A DNA stretch of 64,000 bases, taken from contig OX597828.1 of the NCBI GenBank assembly GCA_951406725.2, forward strand, positions 35,030,001 through 35,094,000. The letters run 5' to 3'. A program made the position numbers and the translations under genes. The notes beneath the pieces are model-generated. The model made no database searches. It was given only the letters and a program-made list of their open reading frames with translations, and was not told where the DNA came from. Shown here in pieces: positions 13,943 to 27,131 of the stretch (positions are counted from its first letter, which is position 1; each line of letters opens with the position of its first letter). The stretch comes from Octopus vulgaris (Eukaryota).

Positions 13943-14659
13943 CATGTACAGGCATACATGTAAACATTTGTTTATGTATATGTGTGTTGGCATGAATGTG
14001 TATGCACGTGTGTGTGTATATATATATATGTTTAATCGTGTATGTGTATGTGTGTGTGTGTTTAATGTAAATATGTACGGATACGGGTTCCTTATATGCG
14101 TATGTATAAGCGCGAATACATGTATACGTATGAATCAGTATATGAGTTTATGTGTGTGTGTATAAATATATATGCATATTTGTATGTGTATGCATGCGTA
14201 TATGTATATATAGGTAGGCATGTATTCACATACACATACACACTCACATAGATATAGATAGAGAGAGAGAGAGAGGAAGAGAGAGAGAGAAAGAGATAGA
14301 CATGCGCATGTGTGCTTGTAAGTGTGCAGATAGCCATGTTTTTTTCATGAATGTGTGTGCTTGTCCGTATGTACGTATGTATGCATGTATGTACATACAT
14401 GTATGGTAAATACTTAATTAGAAAAACGGAGGTGTTTGGTAAGTCAATACTCTAATTTCGAGCTGTTCTTACCTTACCAGCGGATATTACTATAACTTAA
14501 TTTACCACTGACAACCTTTATACATCACGTGGTATAGATCTACCTTCCTTATCAGTTGCCACTATTAATTCCTTCCTTATGTGAAATATACCCAGAAGTA
14601 TTTTTACAGCAGGTTATGAGCATTTGATGCCATGAAGCATCTTTGAATTGGCAGAAGTA

Positions 14660-14840
14660 CTATTATATCATTGTTATATTTCGGGAAGGTCACTTGTTTT
14701 CGCCAAATAAACACACGCACTATGTACTCGTTCTTTACTTCAGAAAGATTCTTATTTTACTGTCCTTATTTTACTGTTCTTATTTTACTGTCCTTTGCCT
14801 TAAATCTTTCGTTACACATCCTTCAGCGACTCTCCATCTC
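14660..14840 (-). mobile_element. Remnant of a PLE-terminal-repeat-like sequence related to 24920-25110
   Basis: Shared ttgttatatttcgg.a.ggtca...aataaacacacgcactat...cttcag and a partially deleted hammerhead-like ctttcgttacaca...tcag; internal 14-mer x3. Confidence 0.55.
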
Positions 14841-15831
14841 ACCTATGCACCACGCAATATTGAAATCTCATCTAAATTTAAAGTAAAGCTACAGTTTTAA
14901 AGCTATTGCTGTGGAACCTTAAACAGATGTTAATACGTCTTGTTATTCTCTCATTGTATACAGAAAAACATGACATTGTGCTGACTTGTTACACATTTCA
15001 TTGGCAACTCATCAGAAATAAATATCTCCTTATTGCTCTCTCCATTGAGAAAACTTATTACAAATTCACACACAAACTAAAATTTAATAGTAATGGCTAT
15101 TCAAATACGACGCTTTGCTTCCTAAGTTCAAACCCTGCCGGTACGATCTTTGCATTCCATCTCTTCGGTAGTCGATAAATAAACTATTCGTCTATAGCTG
15201 TTATCACTTCCTCTTCTTCTTTGGGCTTTGGCAGGGGCAAGTATACTCTAGCAACGGCATGCTAAGAAAAGATCGGCCGCTCCTGACAAACGACGGTGAT
15301 TGAAAAGCCACTGAAGCTGCAATTAGCCGGCAGGCTGAATTAAAACTCGTTATGAGCAACAAAATAGCAACCTATATGCCATAGTTAAACTAGCAATCTG
15401 CGTACCATAATTACAATATATACAACGTTGAAAGCCTAGCAGACGGCGGTATTAGTTTTGAGAAAGTATCTCTCATAAACGAGTTAAAATAAATAAAATA
15501 AAATAAACAGGAATATATCAGTAGTTTACAACAATTCTCCAGCAGAGGTCGTGGTTTTACTAAATACGGATTTCTGCCTCTTTGGATACTTGCTACTGGC
15601 GAAACGCAAGAGGGCAGATGTACTTATTTAGCATTGCCACTACTCATCTGGACGATTTTCGCCTGCTCTTGTACAGTTTTATGATTTTTAACACTATACG
15701 TTTATAGGAGATACTATATCGAGACGAATACCGCACATTATCAGGTTTCAACGATGTATATACTTTAAGTATGATACACCGATTACTATTTTGAAATATT
15801 AGTTGTCTCTCGCTCATAACGAAATATATGT

Positions 15832-16060
15832 GTATGTATGTGTCTTTGTGGTGGTGTTTTGTAGCGCTATCAACTGCTTGATAACCGGTGTTGGTTTGTT
15901 TAAGTTCCCGTAACGTAGCGGTTAAGCAAAAGAAGCCAACCGATGGAACAATAGCAGATTTTTTTTTTAATCCTGAGTACCAGGGTAGATTTGTTCGATT
16001 AAAAGCCTTCAAGGCGATGCCCCAGCATGGCCGCAGTTTAAAGACTGAAAAAAAAAAACA
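15832..16060 (+). mobile_element. SINE B, 3' half
   Basis: gcttgataaccggtgttggt...aaggcgatgccccagcatggccgcagt. Confidence 0.75.
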
Positions 16061-16063
16061 AAC

Positions 16064-16485
16064 GGAGTGGCTGTGTGGTAAGTAGCTTGCTAACCAACCA
16101 CATGGTTCCGGGTTCAGTCCCACTGCGTGGCACCTTGGGCAAGTTCCTCTGCTATAGCCCCGGGCCTACCAATGCCTTGTGAGTGGATTTGGTAGACGGA
16201 AACTGAAAGAAGCCTGTCGTATATATGTATATGTATATATATGTGTATGTGTGTGTGTTTGTGTGTGTGTGTGTGTTTGTCCCCCTAGCATTGCTTGACA
16301 ATTGATGCTGGTGTGTTTACGTCCCCGTCACTTAGCGGTTCGGCAAAATAGACCGATCGAATAAGTACTGGGCTTACAAAGAATAAGTCCCGGGGTTGAG
16401 TTGCTCGATTAAAGGCGGTGCTCCAGCATGGCCGCAGTCAAATGACTGAAACAAGTAAAAGTGTAAAAGAGTAAGAGTAAAAGAG
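16064..16485 (+). mobile_element. Near-intact SINE B
   Basis: ggagtggctgtgtggtaagtagc head, gggttcagtccc B-box-like, (gagtaaaa)n-like tail. Confidence 0.92.
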
Positions 16486-17047
16486 AATACTTAAAGGATT
16501 GGATCGTCCCCGAGTATTTAATTGGGTTTCCGTATGGGAGACAAAGGGCAAAGTAGGAAAACTCTTTGGGATTTGACCTCAGAATGGGAAAGGCCCTTTA
16601 ATGACATTGTACAAGAAAGACATTGTGTCATTTTTAGATTTCCGATGCTCCACCGCCCCGCTCCATCTCTACCTGCTGCTCTTCGTTGATCTGTAAATAT
16701 TACAACGAACGCCATTGAAGATTTAATGGCGAGAAAAACAATTTTAAAAAGAAATCGTGAAACGCTTCATCATTAAATTTATCCCTGGAGTAAAGACTGA
16801 TATTTACAGAGCACAAATATATATTTATACACTTGCACGCCAGTGTAAAATAATAAATACGATAGAAGAGAAAACGAGTCATTAAATAATATTTTTTTAA
16901 TTACTCTATTTATTTCTCAGTTATAAATTCGAAGGACGGTTGGCATTGTCATTTTCCTCTCTTAATTCTCAATAAATGTTGTGGAAGATACTATAATTTT
17001 ATGATCTTACAAGGAACATGCCTTTTTTCTTTCTCTACTCATCGAAC

Positions 17048-17049
<2 letters not shown>

Positions 17050-17122
<73 letters not shown>

Positions 17123-17156
17123 CATTATAATTATTATTATTATTATTATTATTATA

Positions 17157-17197
<41 letters not shown>

Positions 17198-17235
17198 CAT
17201 TATTATCATTATTATTATTATTATTATTATTATTT
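17050..17235. repeat. (ATT)n microsatellite
   Basis: Direct inspection. Confidence 0.97.
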
Positions 17236-18131
17236 TTGTTATTGCTTTTTTGCATAATAAAACGATTTTATACATTTATTTATGAATTACTTGCACATTT
17301 TTATATTTAGATTTTTTATGTATCTTTAAGAAATTTATTCCTGTATTTACTTTAATAATTTCGTATACATATACACACATATATACATGTATGTGTACAT
17401 ATATTCATACATACATACATACATACATACATACATACATACATACATACATACATACATACACACATACATACATACATACATACATACATACATACAT
17501 ACGTACATACATACATACATGCATGCACATATATATATACATACATAAGCATGTATGTATATATATATATATATATATATATACACGCATCACCAATACG
17601 CAATCAAAAATACTTTTAAGAATCGTTATTGTTGCAATCTGATATGAATATCTGTAAAATAGTCTCCAGAGACTCTAACAGAATAGATTTTTTTGGTCAG
17701 AATGAAAGAAATAAATTTTCTGATAATGTCAGGAAAAGTGTAGCTGGATTTAGAATTTTTAGTTCTATGCAGTTGCATATATAGGCTTCTTATATCTGCA
17801 GGCGAAGGTTATAATATAAAATGCTGCAATCGAAATCTCTAATGACTTAGACGAACAGAAAGAGAGAGAAAAAGAGAGAGGAATCTAGGATAAAATTTAT
17901 TAATAATAAATACGTAAACACCTGACACCAGTAATGGCTAGATATGAACGATTAAAGCAACCATTTGAGAGAAATTATCGTTCTAAATTAGTTTATAAAA
18001 TATCCCCAGCGAAGATCTAGATTCCAGTTGGAGTAGAAAGGATTCGTATTAAAGTTTTGCAACGAATAATTAAGAAGCCACTTTTCCTTGTGTGTCTGTC
18101 TCTCTTTCTTTCTCTATCTTATCTTCCTTTG

Positions 18132-18192
<61 letters not shown>

Positions 18193-18349
18193 GGCTTTCT
18201 GCATGTTTCTCTCCGTGTTTTGTTTTCGTTCTTTCTGTTCCTTTAATAAAATACAGATATCAGGTCGTCCAGAAATAAACATATCGATTTCTTCCCTGGG
18301 CGCAGACGTAGATTTGTGATTAACAAGCACGCTTTACATCAACGTGCTT

Positions 18350-18720
18350 TGCGTGCGGCACATTGGGCAAGTGTCTTCTACCATGACTCCCGGGGTCGAC
18401 CAAAGCCTTGTAAGTGAATTTGGTCAACGGAAAAGGTGTGGAAGCCCGTCGTATGTGTGTGTGTGTGATGTCTATGTATGTGTCTTTGTGTCGGTATTTG
18501 TCGACCCGCCCCATTACCACCACTTGACAAGCGGTGTAAGTTTGTTTACGTTTTCCTGACTTAGTGGCTAAGCAAAAAATACTGATCAAATAAGTACCTT
18601 TTTTTTTTTTAAAGAAAGAAACGTGTAAGTACCGAGGTTAACGTGTTGTACTAAAACCCTTCGAGACGGTTCCTTGATAAGGCCACAGTCACGTGACTGA
18701 AACAAATAACGAAGAAAAGG
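18350..18720 (+). mobile_element. Degenerate SINE B
   Basis: gggcaagtgtcttcta...gaagcccgtcg...cttgacaa...gactgaaacaaa. Confidence 0.8.
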
Positions 18721-18934
18721 AATCACACACACACACACGTGCGCATTCACACATAATCGTGAGTTAGATGTATTTGAAAAACCAGAACGCTGGACAGTGC
18801 GAAAATAAGAAAAAAAAGCAGCGAAAACTCGACGAAAGTTGATGCAAAAAAATGGAACGAAAAGAAAGAAACGAAAGCGAGAAAACCAAGATCCCTGTCT
18901 TCCATGATTGCAGAAACCACAATTAATAAAGCAA

Positions 18935-19085
18935 TTTCGAAAGAGGAGTAAACTCGATTACATCGATCCCAGTGCTCAACTGGTACTAATTTTGTGTTCC
19001 CCGAAAGGATGAAAGGCGAATTTGAACTCAGAATAGGGAGGCGTAGGAAGACCGGTGTGCTAACAATTCTGCCATTTCGCTTTCT
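18935..19085 (-). mobile_element. Degenerate SINE A2
   Basis: cgattacatcgatcccagtgctcaactggtact...ccgaaaggatgaaaggc...tttgaactcagaa. Confidence 0.75.
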
Positions 19086-19130
19086 TAAAATATGTATATA
19101 TTATTAAAAGTGTAATATATATATATATAT

Positions 19131-19298
19131 GAGTGGCTGTGTGGTAAATAGCTTGCTTACCAACCACATGATTCCGGGTTCAGTCCCACTGCATGACACC
19201 TTGGCAAGTGTCTTCTACTATGGCCTCGGGCCGACCAAAGCCTTGTGAGTGGATTTGGTAGACGGAAGCTGAAAGAAGCCCGTCGTGTATATATGTGT

Positions 19299-19335
<37 letters not shown>

Positions 19336-19462
19336 TGTGTGTGTTTGCGGTGCTCCAGCATGGCCACAGTCAATCGCTTGACATCCGATAGAATACGTAC
19401 GAGGCTTACAAAGAATAAGTCCTGAAGTCGATTTGTTCGAGTGGATTTGGCAGACGGAAACC
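19131..19462 (+). mobile_element. Rearranged SINE B segments
   Basis: B head and body followed by out-of-order B tail and body pieces. Confidence 0.8.
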
Positions 19463-19998
19463 AAAAAGCACTCCAGAGGTCAATAACAAGAAAGATAGAT
19501 GGCATGAGAGGCATTGATTATTGGGGTCGATTAAAAAGATTCAATCTCAGGTTTCTCTCCAACGCCGCCGGGAGAGAGTAGAGAGTGTTGTGTGGAAAAT
19601 ATTCCATCAATATTGCACAAATGGTGATGGCACCAATTTTAAAATCCATCCAAGACTTGGCCTCCGTGCTACTCGCCCGCTACAAACATCGAACTCGATA
19701 CACATAGCAACATTACGTCACAACTACTTTACCTCACCGGTCCAGCTCTCTTTAATACCATACCAAAATACGTCAAAACGGAAACGGATCCCATAAAATT
19801 CAAATGTTCACTGGACAATTTTCTTCAAAGAATCTCGGACCAACCTCCTGCACCCGGATATGTCTCCAACAATAATAACTCTTTGGTAGAGTAGGCCATG
19901 GAACCCCATATGTGACTAAAAGACTTCACCGGGTGATGGTATTTAGCTAGACATAGCCTGAGCCTATGCTGGCCGAAACTTGTCAAAGTTATCAAAGT

Positions 19999-19999
<1 letters not shown>
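19463..19999 (+). mobile_element. 5'-truncated CR1-type LINE (ORF2 C-terminus plus 3' UTR)
   Basis: Frame-broken peptide LQRSITRKIDGMRGIDYWGRLKRFNL / SLQRRRER / HPRLG / TLRHNYF / GPALFNTIP / FKCSLDNFLQRISDQP; tandem tail tcaaagtt x2. Confidence 0.85.
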
Positions 20000-20053
<54 letters not shown>

Positions 20054-20291
20054 ATGTGTGTGCGTGTGTATGTGTGTGTGTTGATGTGTCTATGTTTCCA
20101 CCCCAACATCGCCTGACAACTGATGCTGGTGTGTTTACGTCCGCGTAAATTAGCGGTTTGGCAAAAGATACCGATAGAATAAGTACCAGGCTTACAAAGA
20201 ATAAGTCCTCGGGGTCGATTTGCTCGACTAAAAGGCAGTGCTCCAACATGGCCACAGTCAAATGACTGAGACAAGTAAAAGAATAAAAGAA
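20000..20291 (+). mobile_element. SINE B, 3' half downstream of the CR1 insertion
   Basis: Internal (TA)n(TG)n followed by a typical B body and tail. Confidence 0.88.
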
Positions 20292-20734
20292 TATATGTAC
20301 TATGTATGTATAAATGGGTGGGGGGAAGCATCATGCCTTATTCATAGCTAAATTATGTTGAACGTGCGATCACACATACATGCAAACATATATACTTACA
20401 TATGTGTGTGTGTGTGTGTATGTGTGTGTGTGTAACCAAACGGCTGATGTTTTACGTGTGTATGCATCAAATCATACCTGTCACTGTAATTTTCGATTAG
20501 TTATGCTTCAAATATATGTATGTATGTATGTATGCATGTATGTATGTATGCATGTATGTATGCGCGTATGTATGTATGTAAAGAATGTAGAGTGGCACAA
20601 CGATGTAAAGCAATTCTGCTTCAATGAACATAGAAACCAACTTGATGGATCAATCTCCGAGCGCAGCTATCCTGCCCACGCATAAACTAACATACCCCGC
20701 AACACACAAACCTATGCATGCCCTTACACGCACA

Positions 20735-20812
<78 letters not shown>

Positions 20813-20879
20813 ATATATATATAAATAGATAGATACAGGTATACATACACATACATATATATAAATATATGTATGCATA

Positions 20880-20917
<38 letters not shown>

Positions 20918-21300
20918 CACACATATATATGTATATATTCATACACATATGTATATATACATATTTGTATCTATATATACACACACACACATACACACAC
21001 ATATATATACATATATATACATATATATATATATATATGCATATATATGTATATATCTATGCATGTATATATATATATATATATATACATGCATATACAT
21101 GTATATATACACACATGTATATATACACACATTTATATTTACATGCACACAAACACACTTGCACACAAACAACGCCATGTTTGTATGCGTATAGAAATAA
21201 AAATCAAAATAATTATTTGTTTATTTTTTGAAAAAAAAATGTCATAAACAACATCATCAGCAACAACAGCACCACCACCACCACCACCACCACCACCACC

Positions 21301-21332
<32 letters not shown>

Positions 21333-22008
21333 CAACCACAACAACAACAACGACAAGAACGCTAACAACCACAATATAAAAACAAACGCAATAATTTCAA
21401 GTTCCGCTTGGAATGCGCCATCTATCGACAGACAAGATTTGGGGGGTTGGTGAAGCTACTTGTAACTGATTGCTGACTCAAGTGACACTTTGAGGAATCG
21501 GAACTGTCTATTTATAGATTTCGCTGTTGTTATGTTGTTGTTGGCGGCGGCGGCGGTTCGGTAATGGTGGTGATGGGGGGGTTATTACTTTTTTTTTTTT
21601 TTACCTTACTCTATATCAAGTAAACTGCTGCATTTCTTTGTTCCATGTTGTAAACACGAATCTCTAATAGCATTATTGCCTTATATTATTTGATATATAA
21701 ATATTTATACTGTGTTGTTTGCCTTGTGTGAGTGAGCGTGTGGATGGGTGGACGAGTGTGTGAATGTGATGGTATGTCCATTTGTTATGCCTGTGCGTAT
21801 GTATTCAATTATGCGCGTAATGTGGAGTATATGTGTGCATTGCAGAACGTGTATGCGTGTATATGTGTGAATGTATAAGTAAAATAAATATGTATTTCGC
21901 AAAACAAAAAAACACGGAAATATTTTTCAGTTTAATGGTAAATTGTATTTATTATAACTTGACATGAAAAAAAAACGACCATTAACACACAAACACACGT
22001 GTGCGTGT

Positions 22009-22085
<77 letters not shown>

Positions 22086-22282
22086 GATGACGGCTAAAGA
22101 GCGAGAAACACAGCGCCTGGGAATCCGAAAGGGTACAGCACGGGACAGATATGATGTTATTACGCCATTTTTACCATAAGAGAGAATATTTTCTCAACGG
22201 TAACTGCAGCAAATTTCCCTTCAGAATTTGAAATATGTCACAAACATATTTTAACTAACCTAAAGTTCGCAATCATATACAT

Positions 22283-22642
22283 AGGGCGCAGGAGTGGCTG
22301 TGTGTTAAGTAGCTCGCTTACCAACCACATGGATCCGGGTTCAGTCACATGGATCCGGCACATGGATCCGGCACCTTGGACAAGTGTCGTCTGCTAGAGC
22401 CTCGGGCCGACCAAAGCCTTGTGAGTGGATTTGGTAGACGGAAACTGAAAGAAGCCCGTCGTGCATATATGTGTGTGTGTTTGTGTTTGTGTGTCTGTAT
22501 TTGTCCCCCTCCCACCATCGCTTCACATTCCATTGAATTCGTACGAGGCTTACAAAGAGTAAGTCCTGAGGTCGATTTGTTCGACTAAAGTCTGTGCTAC
22601 AGCATGGTCGCAGTCAAATTACTGAAACAAAGAATAAAAGAA
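22283..22642 (+). mobile_element. SINE B, internally deleted variant
   Basis: Shares the deletion and cgtacgaggcttacaaaga with the 19131 copy; cacatggatccgg occurs three times in the head. Confidence 0.85.
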
Positions 22643-22664
22643 TATATACAAACACATATATACA

Positions 22665-22973
22665 AGGCGCGTGGCTCAGTGGTTAGAGCATCGAGCTTAC
22701 GACCGTGAGGTTGTGAGCTCGAATCCCGGACCGGGCTGCGTGTTGTGTTCTTGAGCAAGACACTTTATTTCACGTTGGTCCAGTTCACTCAGCTGTACCA
22801 AGCTGTATCGGCCCTTGCCTTTCCCTTGGACAACATCGGTGACGTGGAGAGGGGAGGCCGGTATGCATGGGCGACTGCTGGTCTTCCATAAAACAACCTT
22901 GCCCAGACTTGTGCCTCAGAGGGTAACTTACTAGGTGCAATCCCATAGTCAGTGTCTGACCGAAGGAGGTCAC
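22665..22973 (+). mobile_element. tRNA-derived SINE family E
   Basis: A box tggctcagtgg, B-box-like gctcgaatcc, then gtgttcttgagcaagacacttta...cactcagctg; a related degenerate segment occurs at ~58805-58890. Confidence 0.75.
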
Positions 22974-23746
22974 CACCACAAACACACACACAGATACGAG
23001 CGCCAGTAAGAGTGGGTTCGACTGGTTTGCACAAATCTCACCAAAGTATCATCTAGACCTCCGTGCAAATATAATTATGATCAGTCATTCATTTTTAATG
23101 TTTGATTGCCAATAAAGGATCGATTTTGATAATGAAGACGCCTCCACTGCGCAGAATTAGCTACGCTCATTATATATAGATTGTATGTATGTATGTATGG
23201 ATGGATGGATTGATTAAAGAGCATATCTTTAATACGTAGGAGCATATCAAAGTGGAATACACTACACTTGATGGCTAGACAGTATGACATGAATCAACAG
23301 ATACACAATCCATTCCATTGGTGCGAAAGAGGAGTCCGTTAAGGGAGGTTCGCTAATGTTTGGTAATCTGCGAATCCAAGAGCATCCAAAATTAAGTGGA
23401 ACTTTGAAGTGTGGCGTAATATCGCAACAAGGACAGACGAGAAACCATAGAATCCGTTCGACTGTAATTACCATACACAGACTCAGACACAGACACATAC
23501 ACATAAACATATTTACACTCACACACACACACAAAATACACACACACAATCTGAATTTTCAACTTTATAGTCTAATACACTTGTTATGTCTAACTCTGAA
23601 TTCTTTGAAGTTCCTTATATATATCTGTAAAGTTTCGCGTATATTTATATACGCTTGATATATATATACACTGATACTTGTATAAATATCTGTTTCTATA
23701 CATGTAAACTTAAGTATATAAGTATATCTATGTGTATATATATATA

Positions 23747-24017
23747 TCACGTGACCGACCAGACCATCAGATGTTGCTACATCAGATGTGTTAGCCTTCG
23801 AACGACGCTACCCCGCTGGCTAAGCGAGCAGGCCAACAGAAGAAAGTGGGAGAAAGAGTGGTGAAAGAGTACAGCAGGGATCACCACCCCTGCCGGAGCC
23901 TCGTGGAGCTTTTAGGTGTTTTCGCTCAATAAACACACGCAACGCCCGGTCTGGGAATCGAAACCGCGATCCTCTGACCGCGAGTCCGCTGCCCTAACCA
24001 CTGGGCCATTACGACTC

Positions 24018-24020
<3 letters not shown>
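23747..24020 (-). mobile_element. SINE family C in (TA)n
   Basis: Reverse complement is colinear with 36591-36871 (tRNA-like head, ggtcggtcacgtga end). Confidence 0.9.
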
Positions 24021-24114
<94 letters not shown>

Positions 24115-24226
24115 TGTGATCACGTGACCGACCAGACCATCAGATGTTGTTACACATCACTGGTCACAATGCGTTCGCATTGTTTTAGCCTTCGAATGAC
24201 GCCACCCCGCTGGCTAAGCGAGCAGG

Positions 24227-24230
<4 letters not shown>
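24115..24230 (-). mobile_element. 5'-truncated SINE C in (TA)n
   Basis: Repeats the 3' end of the 23747 copy. Confidence 0.85.
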
Positions 24231-24266
<36 letters not shown>

Positions 24267-24399
24267 GTTATGTAATACAGTTAGTTGACGGTATTCTCTT
24301 CGCACTCAACTAGGAACATCTTGTAATATCATTATTTTTACATGACATTTCTTTTCATTACGAATATGGTTTTTATTGATTAAAACTTATTTTCGACCC

Positions 24400-24870
24400 C
24401 TTATAACTATATTTCTCTATGTAAATGTTAATTTAAAGTTTCCATTCTAAAGACAATGAATAGAAACAGCTCATTCATCGAGGAGGAAATTTAATTCGTA
24501 AACTATATTCAAATTTATAAATTCGTTTTATATATTTAAACCCAAGATGTTCCTGCTGAGGACGATTTCACCTAGCGAGTATATGTTATTTACTCGCTAA
24601 ACTAAAATCAGAAACCAATTGGTCCAGGAAACTAGATGGTAAAAATGTTATTATTTTTTCATTTCGTTCCTGTCGAATTTTATCCCTAATTTTATGGTTA
24701 TGGAACCTAGCTGTTCTTTCTAGCGTGTTGAATCCCTCGAGTGGATTCCTCATGTGTTTAAATGTACACTGTATTTTATAACTAATACAAAGTCTTTGGA
24801 CTAAATTTTTACACGTTAGGCCACTGAAAGTGAAAATTTTAATTAAATTCCATTTCCCTTTGATATGATT
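24400..24870 (+). mobile_element. Probable Penelope-like element 3' end
   Basis: Frame-broken FKVSILK...EEE.LIRKL..NL (GIY-YIG C-terminal-like) immediately followed by a hammerhead motif. Confidence 0.5.
24550..24630 (+). ncRNA. Type I hammerhead ribozyme motif
   Basis: Stem I UUCCUG/CAGGAA, core CUGAGGA, stem II GAUUU/AAAUC extended by UAGCGAGUA/UACUCGCUA, GAAA, palindromic stem III ACCAAUUGGU, GUC cleavage triplet. Confidence 0.8.
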
Positions 24871-25063
24871 ATATATATATATATATACGTTTAAATATTT
24901 GTTGTGCAAGATTTTTTATGTGAAGTCGTGTGTTGAAACAGATATTGTTATATTTCGGAATGGTCATATTGCCAGTTTAGCCAATAAAAACACACGCACT
25001 ATATATTTGGTGTTATTTTGCTTCAGTGATATTTATTTTTTACATTAATCTTAATCTTATTTC

Positions 25064-25108
25064 GGCCAAAGTTCTTTCGTCACACTCCTGTGACCGCATC
25101 AGTGGTCC
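25064..25108 (-). ncRNA. Variant hammerhead-like motif
   Basis: CCA-CUGAUGCG-GUCACA(ggag)UGUGAC-GAAAGAACUU-UGG; A9 is replaced, so activity is doubtful. Confidence 0.5.
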
Positions 25109-25668
25109 TTTGTTTTCTTCTCACTTACTTGTGTCTCTCCTTACTAACCGTCAGCCATTTTGTATTTCTATTGTATGTCTTCATTTGCGCATGCTTATAT
25201 CTCTATGTGCGTCTATGTTTATTTAGTGTGTGTGTGGGGGGGATGCCTGTAATATTTGTATCTTCTGGTTATATACATTCTTGTAATTTGTATTTTGTTT
25301 TTGTTGTTATTGCTTTTGTTCTAATTTTGTTCATGTGTTTACATCCACCCATTATTATCATTACATATGCTTGTATGTATGTATAACAACAATATTAGTA
25401 ATAATAATAATAAATCTAATCGAAAAAAAAAATAAATTAAAAAAATAAATAAAAAAAAAATAAATAAATAAATAAAAAAAATAAGAAAAGAATATACATA
25501 TACATATATATATATACATACATATACATATACATATATATATATACATACATATACACATACATATACATATATATGCACATATACACACATATATACA
25601 CATATAGATATTCATTTCTATTTCTTTAATTACCTGTGTATTTATTATGTTTGCAGGATCCACTATTG

Positions 25669-25940
25669 TCATATGTTGTGGTGTGCGCTATTGCTCCATT
25701 CTAGTTTTCTATTCAGGCTAGGTTTATTTTCTATTATATGTGTAGCTTCTGTAATTTGTCTAATTGTTGCATCTGTTCTATGTGTTGACAATATCTTAAT
25801 CTCTATGTTATTGATTGATCCCCCGTGTTCTTGTTCGGCGTGTTGGTACAGAATCGATGAGCTTTTACCTTCCTTGAGTTGTCTCCAATGTTCATTCACC
25901 CGCTCACCAATGCTTCTTGCAGTTTCCCCTACGTATGTTA
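25669..25940 (-). pseudogene. GIY-YIG endonuclease domain of a Penelope-like element
   Basis: TYVGETARSIGERVNEHWRQL...SILYQHAEQEH...IKIL...RQITEATHI...KPSLN carries the YxG, R..EH, E and N catalytic pattern. Confidence 0.88.
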
Positions 25941-26223
25941 CTGTCTTGTTACTGTCTTGTTACTGTCTTGTTACTGATCCAGAGAAGGGAAGACAGGAAA
26001 AAAAAATCGCCAACGGTACATACATACATATATATATGTATATATTAAGGGAATTACTATACATAAATGCCTCACGCTAGGAGTGGCTCTTAAAGTCAAA
26101 ACTACCATAATAAACACATTGTACCGAACGCGAAGGAATGCAACTCTCGAAGCGAGCCTTTTAAAAACAGATTCAGCTGCAGATCATATGATTTCACAAT
26201 TAGTGCATAAAATGCACTTTTTC

Positions 26224-26268
<45 letters not shown>

Positions 26269-26459
26269 CAGAGGTACATACAAACACATTGACACTGCAC
26301 CGCCTACGTTGCACTGACAATAATATGTGTACGTGTATGCGTGCGGGCGCGTAAGTAGATGTGTGTGTGTATGCAAGTGTTTATGTATGTAAATTATAAG
26401 TGCGAATGTATAAAAACATACTATAAAAACGAAACAAACGACATAACCATTATAAACAT

Positions 26460-26489
26460 AGCAGTAATAGTAGTAGTATTAGTAGAAGA

Positions 26490-26542
<53 letters not shown>

Positions 26543-26717
26543 CAGCAGCAGTAGTAGTAGTAGTAATAGTAGTAGTAGTAGAAGAAGCAGTAGCATCAGT
26601 AGTAGTAGTAGTAGTAGTAGTTGTAGTAGAAGAAGCAGCAGTAGTAGTAGTAGTAGTGGTAGTAGTAGTAGTAGTAGAAGAAGAAGAAGAAGCAGCAGTA
26701 GTAGTAGCAGCAGCAGC

Positions 26718-26755
<38 letters not shown>

Positions 26756-26780
26756 AAGCAGCAGTAGTAGCAGCTGTTGT

Positions 26781-26841
<61 letters not shown>

Positions 26842-26842
26842 A
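26460..26842. repeat. (AGT)/(AGC) compound microsatellite
   Basis: Direct inspection. Confidence 0.95.
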
Positions 26843-26951
26843 CTGTATACAAACAAGTCTAACACAATACCTCACACCACTTACCATTTCTTACCATTTT
26901 TGTTTTTCCTCCAACGACGAAACAACAAAATCTTCCATTTTCAAGGTTCGC

Positions 26952-27093
26952 ATCTTTCCACAAAATCAAAAATTCTCCCCCCCCCCCCCATCACCACCAC
27001 GACCACTACCACTACACACACACTTTTCTCTCTTTCTTTCCTCCATCTCTTTCACCCTCTCTACCCCCCTGTATCCCTCCCTCCATCTCTCTC

Positions 27094-27131
<38 letters not shown>

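Larger units (their letters stand above)
24900..25940 (-). mobile_element. 5'-truncated Penelope-like retroelement
   Basis: GIY-YIG endonuclease peptide followed downstream (minus strand) by a hammerhead-like motif; microsatellite expansions inside. Confidence 0.75.

Noticed and set aside
15230-15650. Possible APE endonuclease N-terminus (YNVESL...INELK)
   Set aside because: Too degenerate to support without a profile search.
21414-21429. CTCF-like motif (gcgccatctatcg)
   Set aside because: A single partial match is expected by chance in 64 kb.
24927-25002. SECIS element or HDV-like ribozyme in the PLE 3' region
   Set aside because: No 3' GA partner for the AUGA quartet, and no HDV L3/J4-2 consensus by eye.
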